DNA from: Setoptus koraiensis
Taxonomy: Eukaryota > Animalia > Arthropoda
Assembly: GCA_048013815.1 (NCBI GenBank)
Contig: CM106585.1
Span: 20,212,001 to 20,276,000, forward strand
Reading direction: 5' to 3'
DNA length: 64,000 nt
Position 1 is the stretch's first letter; each line of letters begins with the position of its first letter. The notes under the pieces were generated by a model. It ran no database searches. It was not told the origin of the DNA and saw nothing but the letters and a program-made list of their open reading frames with translations. The position numbers were made by a program, and so were the translations under genes. Below are positions 12,615 to 22,163 of the stretch, in pieces.

Positions 12615-14646
12615 GTGCCTATCGAGGGCCACTTGTGCGGCTTCCCTAATTGACCGATTGCTCAATATTTAGCATACTATCAACGCATACCATAGAGCAT
12701 AACATAACTGCAATATTATGGTTGCGTAATAGTTGGCGCAAATTGATTTGCGCCAACTATTACATAATACCAATCGATTAGGAGCACCGACCGAAGCGAA
12801 TGGCCGCCAAACTTATCCGAGTGCATCATCGCATTACTAACACCGCATTCATTTATCCGCTGTCCTGAGCCACCATGTTTACAATGTTGTTGTTCGCGGT
12901 GCAGCGTGGCCAAGACCGCCCGGTGCCCGTGCGCAAATAACTCGAATCGTTGGCCGTGAATCACGACGACACGACACGAATCGCTTCGCTTCAGTAGGTA
13001 CCGCTACATCATTTGAGTCAATTATTTGTGCCAGCCATTTTGCTGGCATATGACAATATTATACACATATATTCTCTGCACTAGGCCCGCAGAGATTGTC
13101 CGATGAAAATGTTGCAATGTTAATTATGTGACGCAATATGCATGTTTTATGCATGTTACATGCATGCAGCCTGCATATCCTGAATTTGAGAGTTTGTTGA
13201 GTTCAGTTTGTGCGACTGTTTGTCGCCATTTAGCCAAGTCGCAATTGCTGAGTGTGTGTGTGCGCTTGACATGGGATTTATTTGCATTAAATAAGCAATT
13301 AGATTCGACAGATGTATTTGTTGTTGCTGCAATGTTGCCGCAACGCAGCGCATAGGGTCCCTGGATCGACAAGCCGCGCGCCGTCGCGACCCTATGCGCC
13401 CCCGCGCGCGCAATTGCCGCCCGCCAGTTGCTCAGCCAACGGCAAACAGTCGGAGCAACTAGTAAACCAAACATCTAGTGAGCATCGACATGAAGCAGAC
13501 ACACGATATCCCAGCGACATATCTCACACACGGCCCCCCATTTGAGCGCCATCAGTGAGCGGCGGCATGATGAACAATATTTGCAAAACCTTTGCAAACT
13601 TTTGCATGCCACAATCTCATTCCTGGGCGCTGAGACTGCAGTCGCAGCAATAGGAGAATGAGTGTGTGTCGAAAATAATTTCACACAATCTCTGCTGCAA
13701 CGAATAGCTGGCTGGCTGGCTAACTTTTGAAACTGAATGATGTGAAAATTCAGTGAAATTGAAAATTTGCATTCGCTCGCAACACAAACACAATCTTGTA
13801 GCGGCAGTTTACAAGTTTACAAGTGAAGTGGCGAATTTGGGGCGTTGTCGCCCCAAGTCACAGCATCCCTCAATAGTTGTTTGTTTGTGTTGTCCCATGT
13901 GCCAAATGACAACCAACAGTAGGCAAAGTGATTAATTTACTGTGTGTGTGTGTGTGTGTGCCATTCGCTGCTGATGCCATCGCCAAACAAACCTACAGAC
14001 TATTAGTCGCTAGAAGCGGTAATATTTGCAGTCGCTAGTTACAACTCGCGACAGCCGCAGCAACGGCAACATCGAGCGGCTCGATCATTGCGAATCATTG
14101 AGTCACTTCTCTAGCGCTTCTTTTCCTCTTCGTCTTCGTTCTCGTCTTCGTCGTCTTGCCTTTGCCTGTGTCGTCTAGCCACCAATCTTGTCAACGAATG
14201 CTCTGCGTATCGTCGTGATAAAACGATGACACATGCATGGCAGCTTACGCACGACGCAAAGTATCGATCTTAGCGGGCCTCTTTAGTCTCTCTATCTCTC
14301 TGTCTTGCTCTTGCTCTGTGCCTTCAGCTCGATCTTATCCACATCGATAATTTGACATATGCCCAATCTGCCATCCAATCCGAGCTCTCTATTCACCAGG
14401 CCGCAGTTATATTTGTTTGTATATGGTTATATAATTAAAGTTACATCTCACTCACGCTCTCCGCAGCGATGACTAATCAATGCCAAAGAATACATGTCCC
14501 TGCCGAAGAATAATACATGTAGACGTAATAAAACTGCTGCAACGACAACATCACCACAGACATAGACAGCATCAAACAGACAAATAGACACCACGCAAAC
14601 AACTTGAGAGGTCTAATCTTGTTATTTTATTTATTGAATAAATCTT

Positions 14647-15374
14647 ATGCTATTTGCAAGACCATTTAGTAGGATGGCCTCACCAAAGATAACATGCCAT
14701 GGAGCCGGTTTAGTGGCAGGTGACGCCGGCAGAAAGAATAATTTCACTGTGTTCGTCCAACAAGGAAAAATTGGCGGAATATCAGTCGCATTCGAGGGTA
14801 ATTATGACACACCTTACAATACACACACACAATATCATAAAAACTTGTGATGAACTTGATTTAGCTCATCATTCAACTTAACTGATAAACAAACTGTTAA
14901 AACCATTCACACTCCGTTCATACAGGACCATCCAAGCCAGAAATCACATTCAAAGACAACAAAGACAACAGCGTTGAGGTCACCTATGTGCCCAAGGTGG
15001 GCGGCGACTACAAGATACATGTCAGCTATGAGGACAAACCAGTTAAGGGATCGCCATTTTACTTGAAGATCACCGGCAATGCTGAAAATACCAAAAAATT
15101 AGTGGAAAAGATCAGCTGCTCTGGTGAGGCGCTCAGTCAGGGCAAAGTTGGTACTGTTAACGAGGTCACTGTCAACTGTAAAGACGCTGGTATCACCGGT
15201 GGTCTCAGTATCGCCATGGAGGGTCCAAGCAAGCCAGAGGTTTCTTTCGAAGATAACAAAGATGGCACATTGAGGGTCAAGTACAAGCCACAACAAGCTG
15301 GAAAGTATCGTCTTCATTTGAAATTTGGCGAATTCTCAGTACCAGGCTCGCCATACAACATTACAGTATCCTAA
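14647..15374 (+). CDS. Small filamin/ABP280-repeat protein with two Ig-like repeats; exons 14647-14797 and 14926-15374 (ATG 14674 is an alternative start)
   Basis: Phase-1 intron GAGG|GTAATT...TACAG|GA restores SVAFEGPSKPEITFKDNKDNSVEVTYVPKVGGDYKIHVSYEDKPVKGSPF. Second repeat is SIAMEGPSKPEVSFEDNKDGTLRVKYKPQQAGKYRLHLKFGEFSVPGSPY. In-frame TGA lies upstream at 14635. Confidence 0.85.
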
Positions 15375-15630
15375 ATGATGTTTTTCAAGTGCCTCTGTCG
15401 TCTTCTATAATTAGTCGTTCGTTATCATTTATATTGTTATTATCACCATTATTATATTTGTTGTTTTGTGCAACACTAACAATTGTGAACACCACGAACA
15501 ATCAAGTCAATCCTCATCGGTAATGTGCCTATGTAAAACAAAAGCAAAAATAAAACAACTACAACATAATAAATCAACTGATGATGACAATTTGACGTGT
15601 TGAGCTTGCCTACGATTATTATTAAATGTA

Positions 15631-16044
15631 TTAAATAAAGAATGTGTGCTTGTTTTTAACACCACGATCCTCATCAACAAGATGCTTTTGCTCTTTCTTT
15701 CTTCTTTGTCTTTTCCGTAACAATGTTTCGTTGTAGTTCCTACATAGTTGCTCTTTACCTAACAGTTGACGTTCCTTATCTGGTGTGAGTTCGTCCTTTG
15801 GCAATTCATAATGTACACCGTCTACCAGACGTGAATTGATCATGTGGAAAACAAATTCATTGGGATTTCTATCTAAGGCTTTGTTCTTAAGCTGCTTGAT
15901 TCTCGTTTCTTTGGCATGATGATCTTCGGCTCTTTTCTTATAATCTTTCTTCTTTTCCAAGTAGCCCAATTTCTGTCTGTGTTTCGGTTGTCTCCTCTCT
16001 TTGTGTATCCGCCGAGCTAATTTATCTGCCTTCTTGAAAGACAT
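15631..16044 (-). CDS. UTP11: U3 snoRNA-associated protein 11 (short form, 137 aa)
   Basis: R.HKER.QP..R.KLGYLEKKKDYKKRA.D and KALDRNPNEFVFHMINS match the UTP11 N-terminal signature. Confidence 0.85.
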   Translation of the reverse strand: MSFKKADKLARRIHKERRQPKHRQKLGYLEKKKDYKKRAEDHHAKETRIKQLKNKALDRNPNEFVFHMINSRLVDGVHYELPKDELTPDKERQLLGKEQLCRNYNETLLRKRQRRKKEQKHLVDEDRGVKNKHTFFI

Positions 16045-16364
16045 TGCGCCGCCTTAAAAAAAGGATTTGTTACTGTTCAATAAATTAGGTTTAGCCTCAG
16101 TTAGATGAAGATAAAACTATCCCATGGACCATTGGTATTTTGCCAAATGATATTCCATTCGAGTCCACGTGCAATAACAAAATCAATTCGACGATGTGCG
16201 CGAAATTCAAAGAATCTTAAAATTTCCTAGACATTATTCGACATGTGTTGGGCGCGTGGGTCCATTGCAATTATAATATCGCCAGACTGTTTATGGACGA
16301 GGAACAACACATGTCGACTCATGTTGCCATTTTATATTGGATTACATAATTATTATATGTCGCC
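16045..16364. promoter_or_regulatory. Putative bidirectional promoter between UTP11 and AlaRS
   Basis: Only 320 bp separate the divergent start codons; inferred from geometry alone. Confidence 0.5.
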
Positions 16365-17690
16365 ATGGCGGGGGTCAGGCTGTCACACCGACTGAGACTT
16401 CAATTTATCGATTATTTCGTCAAGGAACATGGACACGAACACATTAGATACAGTTCTGTGATACCGGAAAAGGATCGGTCAATCGAATTTGTTAATGCTG
16501 GCATGAATCAATTCAAGCAGTTGTTTTTAAACGACGCCGGACAGAACCAATTATTGAAGAGGGCTTGCAACTATCAGAAATGCATCAGAGTTGGTGGCAA
16601 ATTGTGCGATATTAATACCGTTGGACGAGACTTCAGGCACCATACGTTCTTCGAGATGTTAGGCAACTGGTCATTTGATGATTATGGTAAGGAGGAGGCT
16701 TGTCGATGGGCCTGGCAATATCTCACCGAACATCTCAAGTTGAAGAAAGAGCGTCTGTTTGTTACTTACTTTGGAGGATTAACCAAAGATGAAAGTGATA
16801 CAGAGACCAGAGGTATATGGTCCCGGTTAGGATTGGACGCTGAACGTATCATCGAGAATAGACAAGGCGACAACTTTTGGGAAATGGGCTCAACTGGGCC
16901 ATGTGGTAAATCTACAGAAATTTTTTATCTAATTGAACCCTGTGGGCGAGATATAACTCAGCAAAACATTGATAACTCATTAGAGATTTGGAATATAGTT
17001 TTTGTCAATCAAAGACGACTTGAGAATGGTGATCTTATAGATTTAAATAGAAAATTCATAGACACTGGTATGGGTTTGGAAAGGATAACGAGTGTGGCTC
17101 AAAATGTTAGCTCCAATTACGACACAGACCTATTCAAGCCTCTATTTGACATAATTCAACAAAAGACCGATTGTAAACCGTATTCTGGCTCAGAGAAAAA
17201 CGAATTGGATATCAACTATCGGATAATAACTGATCATGCCAGAATGATGACCATTAGCCTGGCAGATGGTCTAGAACCTGGCAGAAGAGGTGCAGCAAAC
17301 GATCTGCGTAAGGTGATAAAGAGATCTTTCTGGATAGCTGAGAATGCATTTAAATCAAACCGGGCCAAATATCTTATGTTCGATCTAGTCGATGGTGTAG
17401 TTGAAACGCTAAAAGATGCCTATCCAGAGTTGGTGTCTAGAGTCTCCCATATCCGACGGACTTTGCAGAGAGAGTATGTCAGATTCGAGTCGAATAATCA
17501 AATCATAGAAGACAGATTTCTAAGTCTAGTAGATGCTGAACCAAAGCACAACAGGATATTTGATAGCAAACTGGCCTATTTGCTCTATAAGGAGAACGGT
17601 GCTTCATTGGAACAAATTGATAGTTTATGTAAAAAGTATAACAAGTTAGTTGATTGGGAAGCCTTCGAAGTGTGCAGGTCGAGTGCTTGA
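16365..17690 (+). CDS. AARS2: Alanine--tRNA ligase, aminoacylation module only (441 aa), probably mitochondrial type
   Basis: Motifs NAGMNQFK, QKCIRVGGK, HHTFFEMLGNWSF, NFWEMGSTGPCG, EIWNIVF, IDTGMGLERI and YRIITDHAR. Stop at 17690 is followed by AATAAA at 17697. The mitochondrial assignment is inference. Confidence 0.8.
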   Translation: MAGVRLSHRLRLQFIDYFVKEHGHEHIRYSSVIPEKDRSIEFVNAGMNQFKQLFLNDAGQNQLLKRACNYQKCIRVGGKLCDINTVGRDFRHHTFFEMLGNWSFDDYGKEEACRWAWQYLTEHLKLKKERLFVTYFGGLTKDESDTETRGIWSRLGLDAERIIENRQGDNFWEMGSTGPCGKSTEIFYLIEPCGRDITQQNIDNSLEIWNIVFVNQRRLENGDLIDLNRKFIDTGMGLERITSVAQNVSSNYDTDLFKPLFDIIQQKTDCKPYSGSEKNELDINYRIITDHARMMTISLADGLEPGRRGAANDLRKVIKRSFWIAENAFKSNRAKYLMFDLVDGVVETLKDAYPELVSRVSHIRRTLQREYVRFESNNQIIEDRFLSLVDAEPKHNRIFDSKLAYLLYKENGASLEQIDSLCKKYNKLVDWEAFEVCRSSA

Positions 17691-17953
17691 TAGGGGAATA
17701 AAGTTATTCACAGCGTTCGTTTCAGTGAAATCAGCCAAAGTTTCGTGATCAAGACTTACGGTCCCTGATTATTCAAGCATTTCGCGCGTTTCAATTCGAA
17801 TTCTGCACTGCTCTGGGAACTGGACAGCTGAACGAATACACGTGCAGTTCATGCGGCTATTCATAATTTCTTTTCGCAAGAATCAACTGCGTGAATTTAT
17901 TGTCTATCAACATATAATTATATATTTGTTTGATGTTATATTGATCTAAAAAA

Positions 17954-19645
17954 ATGAGTCTCAACAACTCTTTGTCCAATATGTACAAGCATAAAATTGG
18001 AAAAGCTAAGAACACTTTACCCCCACCCAAGGAGGAGGAGAGAAAAGCAAAGCGCAATAAACTGGAGGAGATCGCAACCAAGAAGCCTACAACAGGCTTA
18101 AAAATAGAACGCCTTGGTCTGAGAGAAGCAACTTATTCTACAATAATCAGACACTGTAAAGGTTTGATTGCCAGACATGATATGCCCAACAGGTTCAGAT
18201 GTATATTGATTACTGGTCCTCGAGGCGTTGGTAAAACAACTTTAATCAATAGTATAGCGCTCCATACACAGTTGCCCCTTATAGGTTGTGATCGCTATGT
18301 AGATCATAATACAAAACAATATATCAGATTGTTGTTTCAGTCTGCAATAAAGCAGCAGCCTTGCTTGTTATACTTCGACAATGTTGATAAAGCATTCAGT
18401 CAAGCTAATATAACTTCGGGAGTCGCTGATGAAATTGAGAACAATATCTGCGACCTGATGGGCAAGAGTCACAAAATATTCATTTTGCTTGCATCGAGTG
18501 AGCCTCAAGCTGTTGACAAGCATTTGGGCGAAAACTTGCTTGAAAAAATTGAACTTCAGAGCCCTTACTACGAGGGGAGAATACAAATAATCAAGAATCT
18601 AGTGGAGGAGATGAAAAAACATAACAACTTACTTTCCCAGTTAAGTGAAAACGATATCCAGCATATTGCCAGGAGGACCAATCTATATTGTCCACGTGAC
18701 TTGGCATTACTCATTCAGACGGCCATAGGTTTCTACGATTCTCGGGTTCAGGCATCAACAGACAACGTAAATATGAGTGATTTCAATGAAGCTCTACGTC
18801 AAGTTGTTCCTTTCTTGAAACAAGAAGGATTCGAGCAGATACCGGATGTCACTTGGGATGACGTAGGAGGGCTTGACAATGTGAGAGAATTAATCAGATC
18901 TTCCATTCTGAATACTATTCGTGAACCCGATGGCTCCGATATTGACTACGGAGCTGGCATATTGCTGCATGGTCCGCCCGGTTGCGGTAAGACCCTCGTG
19001 GCCAAAGCAGTAGCCAACGAAGTAGGTCTGAACTTCATCGCAGTCGATTCCACCGACCTCATGAATAAATTTTTAGGAGAAACTGAAGCAAACATTAGAC
19101 GGCTGTTCGCACGAGCGAGACAGTGCCACCCATGTATGATATTCCTTGACGAGATAGACGCTATTTCGGGTAGTAGACCCGACCGTGATTCTAATCATCC
19201 GGGTGTGAACTGTGTTCAAGCTCTTCTGACATCAATGGATGGTTTCAAAAATAGAGGTTGTTTTGTCATGGCTGCCACCAACAGACTGGATTCCATTGAT
19301 CCGGCCATCAAAAGGAGTGGTAGATTTAGCGATCAAATCTTCATTGGTTACCCTTCGGAGAGTGACAGAGAACGCATACTTCGAGCTATTATGAGGAAGC
19401 ATCCCACTAATACTAAAATTGACGTCAGTATAATAGCCAAAGAGACTCCTCATTTCTCGGGGGCAGATTTGAAGCAGCTCGTAAGGAAAGCACGAGGATT
19501 TGCTTATGTCGAAGATCGACCTGTCGAAATGAAAGACTTTGAGAGATCCAAGCAAACAATCATGGAGCAAAACAAAGAGATAGGATGTAGAAAAAAGTCT
19601 GTTGTGAATTCTCGAAAAAGCAAAACGCTAAATGAGGCGTTTTAG
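17954..19645 (+). CDS. NVL: Type II AAA+ ATPase, NVL/Rix7/smallminded-like (divergent)
   Basis: Two AAA modules: D1 GPRGVGKT; D2 IPDVTWDDVGGL..GILLHGPPGCGKTLVAKAVANEVGLNFI..MIFLDEID..ATNRLDSIDPAIKRSGRF. AKAVANE.GLNFI is typical of NVL. Confidence 0.7.
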   Translation: MSLNNSLSNMYKHKIGKAKNTLPPPKEEERKAKRNKLEEIATKKPTTGLKIERLGLREATYSTIIRHCKGLIARHDMPNRFRCILITGPRGVGKTTLINSIALHTQLPLIGCDRYVDHNTKQYIRLLFQSAIKQQPCLLYFDNVDKAFSQANITSGVADEIENNICDLMGKSHKIFILLASSEPQAVDKHLGENLLEKIELQSPYYEGRIQIIKNLVEEMKKHNNLLSQLSENDIQHIARRTNLYCPRDLALLIQTAIGFYDSRVQASTDNVNMSDFNEALRQVVPFLKQEGFEQIPDVTWDDVGGLDNVRELIRSSILNTIREPDGSDIDYGAGILLHGPPGCGKTLVAKAVANEVGLNFIAVDSTDLMNKFLGETEANIRRLFARARQCHPCMIFLDEIDAISGSRPDRDSNHPGVNCVQALLTSMDGFKNRGCFVMAATNRLDSIDPAIKRSGRFSDQIFIGYPSESDRERILRAIMRKHPTNTKIDVSIIAKETPHFSGADLKQLVRKARGFAYVEDRPVEMKDFERSKQTIMEQNKEIGCRKKSVVNSRKSKTLNEAF

Positions 19646-20047
19646 GCCTAATTTAACATCAATTGTACACATATGTCGGGACAGTCAGAATGGCAGAGGC
19701 TCCCCGGTAGATTTTTATAAGTGTTAAGATTTCCCAGTGTTAATAGGAACGAATAAATTCTATTAGGATTTTATATCCAAATTGTCTTTATTGATCTCAT
19801 TCTCTAAAGATCCATCATTTAGATCAACAAAGAAGAGCAATTACGGAGCTGATGATGATTGTGAAGCATTCGTGGTGGAATGTTAACAAAATATCGAACT
19901 TGCGCTCATTTAAAATTGGCGGCATATGATTTCGACCATGTCTTTCGTTCGTTGCATGGTGGTATACGCTAGATGCATCAGAACAAGTTCATTTGCATTC
20001 CAATGACATTTCGAAATCACTCCATGAGATGAACTATTACTGTCATT

Positions 20048-20557
20048 ATGATCACAAATAAATTATTTATCAACATGTCCTTTAGGGAGGGTGTTCCATC
20101 ATTGCTGGGGTTCCTGAGGTCATTGAATGGAATAACCGAAAGAAGAGTTGTTGGACAGCCTCACACCCTTTCGAGGCTTCGATTTGTCAAGATAGTACAG
20201 CGCCAGGATGAGACAGAGGCAGAGAAATTATATAGGAATAAATACGAGGCTTTGCAAAAATGGAATAACGATTACTGGACCGAAAACAACCAACGCTTTC
20301 ACAAGGAAAAATCAGCTTATATTGAGAAGCTCAACGGTGTATCAATGAATACTAGCGATAATGAAGAAATTATATCTCATGACCGACTGGCGCCCTTCTA
20401 CAGAGATTTTCTCGAAAGAAATAGAACGAAGAATATTGACTACAACAAACTTTGGTACAAACTACACACTAGGCTGCTGATCAGCGCCATGAAAGCGAAA
20501 TTTTCTCGCCTAAGACAGTCAAAAATATCTCTTGCTCATGCGGACGATATAAGATAA
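20048..20557 (+). CDS. COA8: Cytochrome c oxidase assembly factor 8 (APOPT1)
   Basis: VGQPHTLSRLR..ETEAEKLYR..LQKWNNDYWTENNQRFHKEK..FYRDFLERN..YNKLWYK matches the COA8 pattern. Confidence 0.8.
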   Translation: MITNKLFINMSFREGVPSLLGFLRSLNGITERRVVGQPHTLSRLRFVKIVQRQDETEAEKLYRNKYEALQKWNNDYWTENNQRFHKEKSAYIEKLNGVSMNTSDNEEIISHDRLAPFYRDFLERNRTKNIDYNKLWYKLHTRLLISAMKAKFSRLRQSKISLAHADDIR

Positions 20558-21296
20558 TCAGCTACTCATCAATCAAATGGATTGTTAGGAAAAAATACAT
20601 AGTGATAATCGTTAATTCTAGCTAAAGATATTCTGACAAGATTGTCATTTTTTGTGTTAGAAATGTTGATTAAATAAAAAAACTAGAAACGCTCAACATA
20701 TCCCTTGTGATCGGGGCCTCTTTTCACAATTAAGGAGAAACGGATGCCGAGGGATTGATGAGGTGATAAAGGAAATATTGATTACAAAAAAGTTTATTCT
20801 GTATCATGTACCACTTACTTTTCAATTAATACATGCGTATATGTTGCATGATTTTGGCGATCATTGGATACTCAAGTGAATGGTTGTACACAAAATCAAT
20901 ATCAAGTTGCACTATATGTTGTGGTGCTAAATCAACTAGGCTTAAAATGGAATAAATTGATGATAAAACTCTGAATGTTGAGCTGAGTAGTAGAGTTAGT
21001 TTGGACACTGTAACTCGAACTGTACATTTTTGACTCAGTCGGCCAGCATCACCTAGATTTGTTGTTAGATTCTTTGACCGTAGTTAGAGTGGCTGTAGTG
21101 GAAAGAGAGAAAAAGTAATCTTAATTCATTATTTGGCAACAGTCTCTACTGATCATGATTGCTGTCACAAAAATCCAATTCCAACCTATTAATAACAACA
21201 AGATAGCGGGATGGACCTCCTCTGGCGAAACTTTAGCAAACCTCCATGTTAGAATTAACTCGGCATTAACTCTAGATTATATTAAAAGAGAATATC

Positions 21297-21848
21297 ATGT
21301 ACAAACGAAAGCATACTAAATTGCAAAGTGCCACTCGGCTTGATTATTTGACGGAATCGAGTGACAATTTCGAAACAACAAGCGTCAGGTGGATTCTAGT
21401 AATTATAATATTTCTTCTCGAGCATTTAGAAAAACTACATAAATTATCAAATTATTGTCAGGTCGTGTTATATGAACATCGTTATATATATTGTATACAA
21501 ACAAATAATACAATAGAGGATCGCACTTCTTTGTCTCTCGTTTGGTTAGTAACTGGGTTTAGTTATATCAAGCGGTATACAGTTTCAGAACTTATTCATT
21601 GTTGTAACTGCATCAATTATTACGAGCCACCAATTGAACTGGCAAAGGCTAGCATAGTTGGACACATTTTGCGAATGATACACAGGTATGATACACTTGC
21701 TTTAGGGCCAAATGATAAGGCAGTAGAGCTTAATCGGATAAAGTATCGGACAATTAGAAAAGAAACAGACCTGTGTACAAGAGATGATTCAAATTTCAGA
21801 ATTGTATTACCATTACTCAGAAAAGTGTTTCGATCAGGACCCCCTTAG
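21297..21848 (+). CDS. Hypothetical protein (183 aa), unrecognised
   Basis: A 183-codon ATG-initiated ORF in AT-rich DNA. The antisense frame I translated is interrupted. No recognisable motif. Confidence 0.3.
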   Translation: MYKRKHTKLQSATRLDYLTESSDNFETTSVRWILVIIIFLLEHLEKLHKLSNYCQVVLYEHRYIYCIQTNNTIEDRTSLSLVWLVTGFSYIKRYTVSELIHCCNCINYYEPPIELAKASIVGHILRMIHRYDTLALGPNDKAVELNRIKYRTIRKETDLCTRDDSNFRIVLPLLRKVFRSGPP

Positions 21849-22163
21849 TTATCGTATAAATTGTCGCCTGCGATTTCAAATATATATTAAATGAACTTTT
21901 TGCTGCATCCAGTGAGCAACCCATGTGATAATAGTTAAAAAGTTATAATTTTTTCTCTAGAAAGTTATTGAATGTCAAGGTCGTTGTTAACTTAAATTGG
22001 CACAAACAAAATTATGGCAGGATTGTCTATTTGCACAAAGAGTCAATAGCTTTTAAGAACGAGAGAAGAGTTTAGGAACAATTATTTTTAGAAAAGATCA
22101 ACAGCAGCAATAAGTGAAAGATTTTATAGATTTAATTAGTTGGTTACTAACAAAAAACGCAAG

